From assembly GCF_001194135.2 (NCBI RefSeq), contig NC_068990.1, positions 19,262,364-19,323,064 of the forward strand: a stretch of 60,701 nucleotides of DNA, in the 5' to 3' direction. Positions 53,965 to 60,701 of the stretch are shown here, piece by piece. The translations under genes and the position numbers were made by a program. The first letter of the stretch is position 1. Each line of letters opens with the position of its first letter. The stretch comes from Octopus bimaculoides (lineage: Eukaryota). The notes under the pieces were generated by a model. The model saw nothing but the letters and a program-made list of their open reading frames with translations. It did not search any database and had not been told where the DNA came from.

Positions 53965-54518
53965 CAGAGCGTTTGGAGTGATGGCAACGTTATGCCTCGA
54001 TTCATCCTTCAACTCAGGCTTAGACTCAACATGGTTGACTGCATCAAGTGACTGGAGAAGGTAATACTGTCCTGGTTCAAGAGGGTGGTAGCAGGAAGAT
54101 CCTATATCTGGCAACACGGCTCTGCCCCATAACACACAAGCAGGAGATCGCAGTCATGGCTGTCAGACAATTTCTGCACCAACACCACCCCTAACGTCTG
54201 GACAAATAACTTCCCAGACTGAAACTCTCTTGATTATTATGTGCGGGGCACATTTGAGTGGGAGACCAACAAAACTCCCTTGTAACACCAAAGATGAACT
54301 GAAGGCAAGGATTATGGCAGCATTCACCAGCTTAAACAAGGAGACCGTCCAGAAGAGCTGCAAGAATTTCCGAAGTCGTCTGGGGTTTTTATAAAATGAA
54401 TTTACTCGTTAGTATTTCAAGATATTTTACAAAAATTTTGGTAAATATATCTGTTAAGAAGAGATGCCCGTGTTATTTTCCATTTCGCATAATTTCGAAG
54501 ATAGTTTATGCACTGTAA
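53965..54518 (+). mobile_element. decayed Tc1/mariner (maT/DD37D-like) transposase C-terminus and right end
   Basis: FGV..DGNVMPRFI, LEKVILSWFKRVVAGRSYIWQHGSAP*HTS, FPD*NSLDYYVRG, NTKDELKARIMAAFTSLNKETVQKSCKNFRSRL. Confidence 0.88.
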
Positions 54519-55464
54519 TAAGTGTATACAGGTGCGTTTTTGTTAGTGTGTGTGTATGTGCGTGCACGCGCAGCAGAACCAACGGAAAATTATCATCCTT
54601 AAAGAAGTCTAACACTTGTAGGAACCAGAATCCTAACGGAGGGCATCGGCGAAACAATGTCAATAAAAGATACAAAATGATCACAAAAAAGATATATAAA
54701 TAAACACAAGCTGTGCGTACGTCGTATTGTCAGTTAACTTGCGAATGGCGGACAGGAAGTTTTATTCAAACTCTACTACAAGTTGCATCTGCCTCTCACA
54801 ACGAAATTGGATAAAATTACGTTTGACATCGTGACATGGCTGAAAATCAAACAGAAAATATATCGATAGTGAGAGACTCGCAGAAAGAAGAGTGTGGTAG
54901 TATTTGGAACTGAAGTAGTTTTTTTTTCTTGTTTTTTTTTTTCCTGAACCGCACGAGTATCTTTCATCCATCCCAATCAATTTCTACTTTACTAAGGAAA
55001 AAAAAAAAAAAGAAAAACCCGTATAACAAATGAATTTAAAGATATTTGTAATCTGGCGGAAGTAACGTTTCTTACATGTCTTTCATTCAGAACATTGTTA
55101 GTATCTTCAACGGCGAGGAATATTATATTGTCTAGTACACTTTCTGAAATTTATAACTCAAATTTTCTGTAATAGCGTCTCATGAATGAAGGCGTTATTA
55201 TAACGTCATATGTTTTTATTAGATAACTGAAAATACAGATGACTTTTTTGGCATCATATGTGCTAACTTGTCATTTAACATGATTCGTTTAATCATAATG
55301 TACCTAGAATATATTATAAATACACAGGAATACACACTACTAAGAGATGCAAAATGTCTAGGCATAGCATCCATCATCTCAAAAGTTTGATACAACAATC
55401 GTTGATAGAGAGGAAAGAGGGCCGATTCATTACTTAATATTTTTGTGTGATGATTTAGATAGTA

Positions 55465-55511
55465 CATACATACATACGTACATACATTCATATATACATA
55501 TATATAATTAC

Positions 55512-55542
<31 letters not shown>

Positions 55543-55648
55543 TGTGTGTTATATTATATTACATATTCATCCGGTGGTTGTCAAACGCTGATCACTGGGA
55601 TCCTAAAATACCCTCCATGATAAAATTATTTTAGCATTTTCTTCCTTG

Positions 55649-55728
<80 letters not shown>
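55465..55728. repeat. (CATA)/(TG)/(TA) microsatellites
   Basis: directly visible. Confidence 0.9.
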
Positions 55729-55729
<1 letters not shown>

Positions 55730-57129
55730 CCACTTGTGAGTGCACTAACGTGGATGTTTCTCAAGATATACTATATTAGAATTGTTTTGGGGGCGTTGAT
55801 GAGCCCATTTCGGACAGTGGTTTTCATTTTAACTTTCTCCAATTTCGAAACGCTTAGTTATAGTAATAAAAGGAACTATGTGGCTTTATACCTATATCGA
55901 TTAACATTTATTCATTGCATAAAACACTTGCCTTTTAAATGTATATTTAACATCAATTTAAATCTATAACACAATCTGATAGGATTTCATAAAGAAATAT
56001 GAATGAACCTATTATCTGTGCCAAAAGTTCATGCACATATCATGGTCTGTTTCATACGTGTGCGTAGTTGCAATTTGATCAATATGAGAACTTTGCTTAT
56101 ATCCATTTCATTTAGTAGTTAATCAGCATATGGATATTTTTCGATTCTACGGGGGTGGGGGACGTTGATACGATATAATCATACGTTATGGAATTAACGG
56201 CAATAATATAATGGTAATCCCCTTAAATATATTGGCTAATAAAATGTAAATTTGACACACTTTATTAAGAAGATATTAAAGTGAGTAATGCACTTAGATT
56301 AATGTACAACATTTTAGCCTCCTTATATGATTCCCATGGATTTCAAGTATATCACTGAGCATAACCTTTCACAAGCACTCTATGTAGAATATATATCGAG
56401 CAAATACACACGTAAGAAAGCTGAGAATGACGCACGAATATAATTCTAATATGTTTGGAAGTTCCATAAAATGTGTCTATAACTCCATTACGAAAACCAT
56501 GAAAGTCAAGTATTATCAAAGCTTCAATCAAAAGCGTCTAATATAAGAATTGACATGCATTTTATGAGGTAAGGTAAACATGTCTGACATTTCTATAGAG
56601 ATTTTCATGAACAAGAAAAGAATCAACAGTCTTTGCATCGTAAACAAACTGGAAATAATGCGTGAGTGAGAAAGAGAGCGAGGGAGAGAGAGAAAGATAG
56701 AGAGGAAGAGAGGGGTATACAGATGTGAGCGAAAGAGAATAGTCGAAAGAGAAACTAAGTTTTAATGGAAGAAAGACTTACTGAACGCTGCTGATTTGGA
56801 AAAATAAAACGTAGTAGAGGGGTTGAGACAACAAATGGCAAAGATAATATAAAATATATTTGTGAATATATAGCAACAGACAAACGCAGAAAGTGTAGTA
56901 GATTTAAGTCGTCTAATCATAGTTTTACACATCTTTTGAAAATCTAGTAAAGATCTTTCCCACATTGAAATACCAATCAATCACCAATTACATCACATGC
57001 TAATTAATATTCATTTTCCATACATGTTATACACGCGTAATTTCATATCGTCCATGGTTGCGTAATAATTTGAACAAATTGAATCAAATTGAAAAACGTC
57101 ACTTGTTTAATATAGAACGAAAGCAATAT

Positions 57130-57330
57130 TTTTTTCTACTCTAGGCACAAGGCCCGAAATTTGGGGTGGGAGGGAGCCAGTCGATTAGATTGACCTCAGT
57201 ACGCAACTGGTACTTAATTTATCGAACACGAACAGATGAGAGGCAAAGTCGACCTCAACGAAATTTGAACTCAGAACGTAAAGACAGACGAAATACCGCT
57301 AAGCATTTCGCCCAGCGTGCTAACGTTTCT
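57130..57330 (-). mobile_element. SINE family 1, tail type A, missing ~14 nt of head
   Basis: close match to the reverse complement of 5088-5308. Confidence 0.9.
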
Positions 57331-57562
57331 TATTTCTTTATTGCCCACGAGGGGCTACACACAGAGGGGACAAACAAGGACAAACAAACGGATTAAGTCG
57401 ATTATATCAACCTCAGTGCGTAACTGATACTTATTTAATCGACCCCAAAGGATGAAAGGCAGAGTCGACATCGGTTTAATTTGAACTCAGATCGTAGCGG
57501 CTGACGAAATACCACTAAGCATTTCGACCGGCGTGCTAACGTTTCTGCCAGCTCACCGCCTT
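57331..57562 (-). mobile_element. SINE family 1, tail type B
   Basis: same head and body; tail tttattgcccacgaggggctacac..ggggacaaacaagg. Confidence 0.9.
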
Positions 57563-60500
57563 TTAATACAGCTATAGTGGATCTGGAATGGTCATCTAAG
57601 ATGTGAAAATCTCATGAGTACGAAGCATATTATTGTTTAGCATTCTGTTGATATAAATAATTAAGCGTTATTCCAACATATCGTGGTTTCTATATTTATA
57701 TTAATTCAGACAGGCAACTTGTCTCCATAGTATTTCCGAATGTTTTATCATATTTTCCTGGTTACCGGCTCATCGAACAAATATTTGTCACGAAGAATTT
57801 CCATATCTATGGGAATATTTTTTCCAGGCAATTATGTCATTTTAAAATTTATATTGGATGAGTAGATAATTGAGATCAATCGATAGCTATTTTAAAAGTT
57901 TAATACCTTGTTACGAAAAATCATGCTTTCCTATACATTTCTGATATATGTTTATTATTCGTAATTCATAGATTCATTATTCCTATAGAATAAATAATTA
58001 AATGTTACGCTTTGAAGAACACAAATTTTAAATTGTGAGTATTCTAACAGAAGTTCTCATTGTAACGTTAATACTGTCATGAACAAACTACAAAATGAAT
58101 ATTTATTTAATAATCATTATTCACCTTACGCCTAATGCATTCTTAAAAATTTCAGCGTCTCTAAAATCATTTAATTAATTTCCAAATTCATATGTTGGAA
58201 GGACATTAAGTTCTACACATTTTCAAAATCTTCCTTTGTATCAATACGTACTAATAGCATAACATGCTATACCTTACAACCAAAACTAATGCTCAGCATT
58301 TTAATTATGATAAATCTCTTAGTATTCAGACTCGTAGCTTCGCTTCTAGAAATATTTAAGATGAGAGCAGAATTTATTCACATTTATATACAAATAATTG
58401 TTAGACTGTTACATTATATTAGTGAAGATTTGAATTATTTAAAGATATTCTAACTTGAAGCCATGAAAGCTGCTAACATCTACTCAAATGCTTTCAAACA
58501 TTTTACTTCATTTTCATATCAATAGATTTAATATAGATTCCAAAATATATGCCTGCGAGTGTTAGACATCTGGTTGTGATCAGACATTACCAATGTTATT
58601 CCTCAGGCATGCTGTAATACGACAGAATGTTATGCGTAAAAGGTTCGGTCAGTATGCTTTATTTGAATTTATCGATTGATAAAGAAATATATCGTTAAAT
58701 TCGTTTCTACATATTTGTTCAGCCTTTCAGATCTGCAAATTTAATCAACACTATTCTAAATCTGATAATATCAGGTGTATTGATGAAGAAACATTATTAT
58801 GGTGTCATTTCATTCACCTAAATTGATCAGGAACCTTTAATACAGATGTTTGCCTATGAGCTACAATTTGTTGAATGTTCCCGGTTTAAGTTGATAGTGG
58901 AATATATGCTGGATGACTGAACCAAATGTGGGAAAATATGACACGCTATGTAATGAAGTCATTCCATAGTTTCCATGAAAGTGCTGATTAATATTGCACC
59001 ACTAATTAAGATGAGGCTGGTAGAAATAACTCATGTTCCTAATAACTGGTAACCATAAATGGAATAACAACCCACAATACCAGCAATTCTGTTCTGTATC
59101 TATCGATATTTACTGCTATTCTATGCGTGTTTTAATATCACTATTGAATAAACTGAATGTTATATAATGATCTCTACATAAAAAAGAAAGATTATGTATG
59201 ATTTACAACAAATATATTACATGTATGTTTGGGTACGGGAAATTCATCTAAAAAATCAGGAATAGTCAAATTACAAATATAAGACCACAATCTAAATTAT
59301 TCGGTATTTGCAAATTTTCTCTATTTACTTCTTGGTTCAATGATGCGTTCGATACTGCTTATGTTCACTGCGTCAATACACATAACTGAATAAAGCGGAC
59401 ATAAATATTTAATGCTAGGTTGTATTTATGAATTTAGAGCAGCGCCACATAGATATATAGATTTATAAAGAAGTTCCAATAATTAATTAATGGTTTTTCT
59501 TACAACATAAAATATATGCAGAGCGCTGAGTTTAAGTCCAGAATTTAGCAAATTCTTGGTATGTCTTACTGAGGGTTTTATGAGTTAATTATTGAACTCT
59601 TTAATTTTCATTTGAGCCTTCAGCTGATAGCCATTATTTTCAGTTACGTTATTGAATAAATATATTTTCAACATAAATTTTTTTTTGTTCGATTACTAGT
59701 TGACTTATAATCTAGATAACGTTGTCAATGTTTAGTCATTTTCATATGTATGATTATCATTTTTATCAAACATTAGAGGACAACACTTCAAGCATATTTT
59801 CCAGATAACTTATGTGTATATACTGGTTTCTATAGAGTTTGGGGTAGAAGACTGTGTGAAGGGTGAGCACTGGTTTCATATTCAGAATTATATATGCAGA
59901 ATAATTGACTCTGTTGTCGAGTAATCAGTGAAAACCATGGTTACGTTAAGGAAGTTGAACTTCGAGCCAAAATGACATTTATTGCAGCATTGTGGTACTA
60001 CTAGCACTAAGCTGCACTATTCTGAACAGTTACTGTTAAATTGGCTTGATCATTGAGTCCTGCGTATTTTGAACAATGGAATGGATGGAGTGGGGTTGAA
60101 TCAGTGTCAAACATTCGACTCGTCGGCTGATTTTCTAATATCCTATAATTTGAAACTGTCAAGGAATGTATGATTTTACATCATGGACCTAATCGTACAA
60201 GTTTAAAGTCATTCAGTAGAAACAGCAAAATATAATACAGATCTCTCTGATAATGGAGCTGATTAAGGGACGGTATTGTCTAAAACAATAGCCATGAGAC
60301 TTTGCATTGTCAATACATAGGCTTGTTTCTTAAGCTGTATAGCAGTCACGAATTGCCGTAACTGTATGCATTGAGAGACTAGTACACAATTGTCTTTATG
60401 CATACGTTACTTTGGATATGAAAACACTATCATTAAGTGTATATCAAACTAATTTGCCATACTGAAAGTAGAGAGAATTCTAGAATTGTATATAGGATTG

Positions 60501-60701
60501 GTCGTATACATATCTTTAGGGTAACTGAAAGAGTCTGCCATGGTTAATGAGTTTCAAGTAAGAGAGTAAATAATAATATATCACAATGTCTCATACAGAA
60601 CATACACGTTTTATTTAGTGTCGTCATCGTTTCTGCAATGCATCGAAGAGTACACGAAATCAATATATATATATATATATATATGTGTGTATATATATAT
60701 A

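Overview
AT-rich, microsatellite-saturated eukaryotic DNA from a gapped short-read assembly (10 N-gaps, nearly all at (TA)n or other simple repeats). The SINE repertoire suggests a coleoid cephalopod, probably Octopus (inference, no database search). I recognise no intact protein-coding gene, rRNA, true tRNA or CRISPR array; most listed ORFs are translations of microsatellites or N-gaps. Supported content: more than 20 tRNA-headed SINE copies or fragments, three Tc1/mariner transposase remnants, an RTE LINE 3' end, an R2-Hero-like 3' end, a Penelope-like terminal region, and two inverted-repeat elements. The most interesting observations: (1) a diverged tandem duplication (~4950-6480 vs ~8553-9205) in which both copies keep TATA box, ATG-NNN-G and a GT donor at the same spacing, so either tandem small genes or duplicated alternative first exons, with nearby Cys-patterned (PAN/Apple-like?) exon candidates; (2) a minimal hammerhead-ribozyme motif at 37398-37445 (minus strand); (3) a 560-bp foldback element at 14833-15392; (4) a direct-plus-inverted rearranged repeat at 50693-51428. 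All alignments were made by eye.
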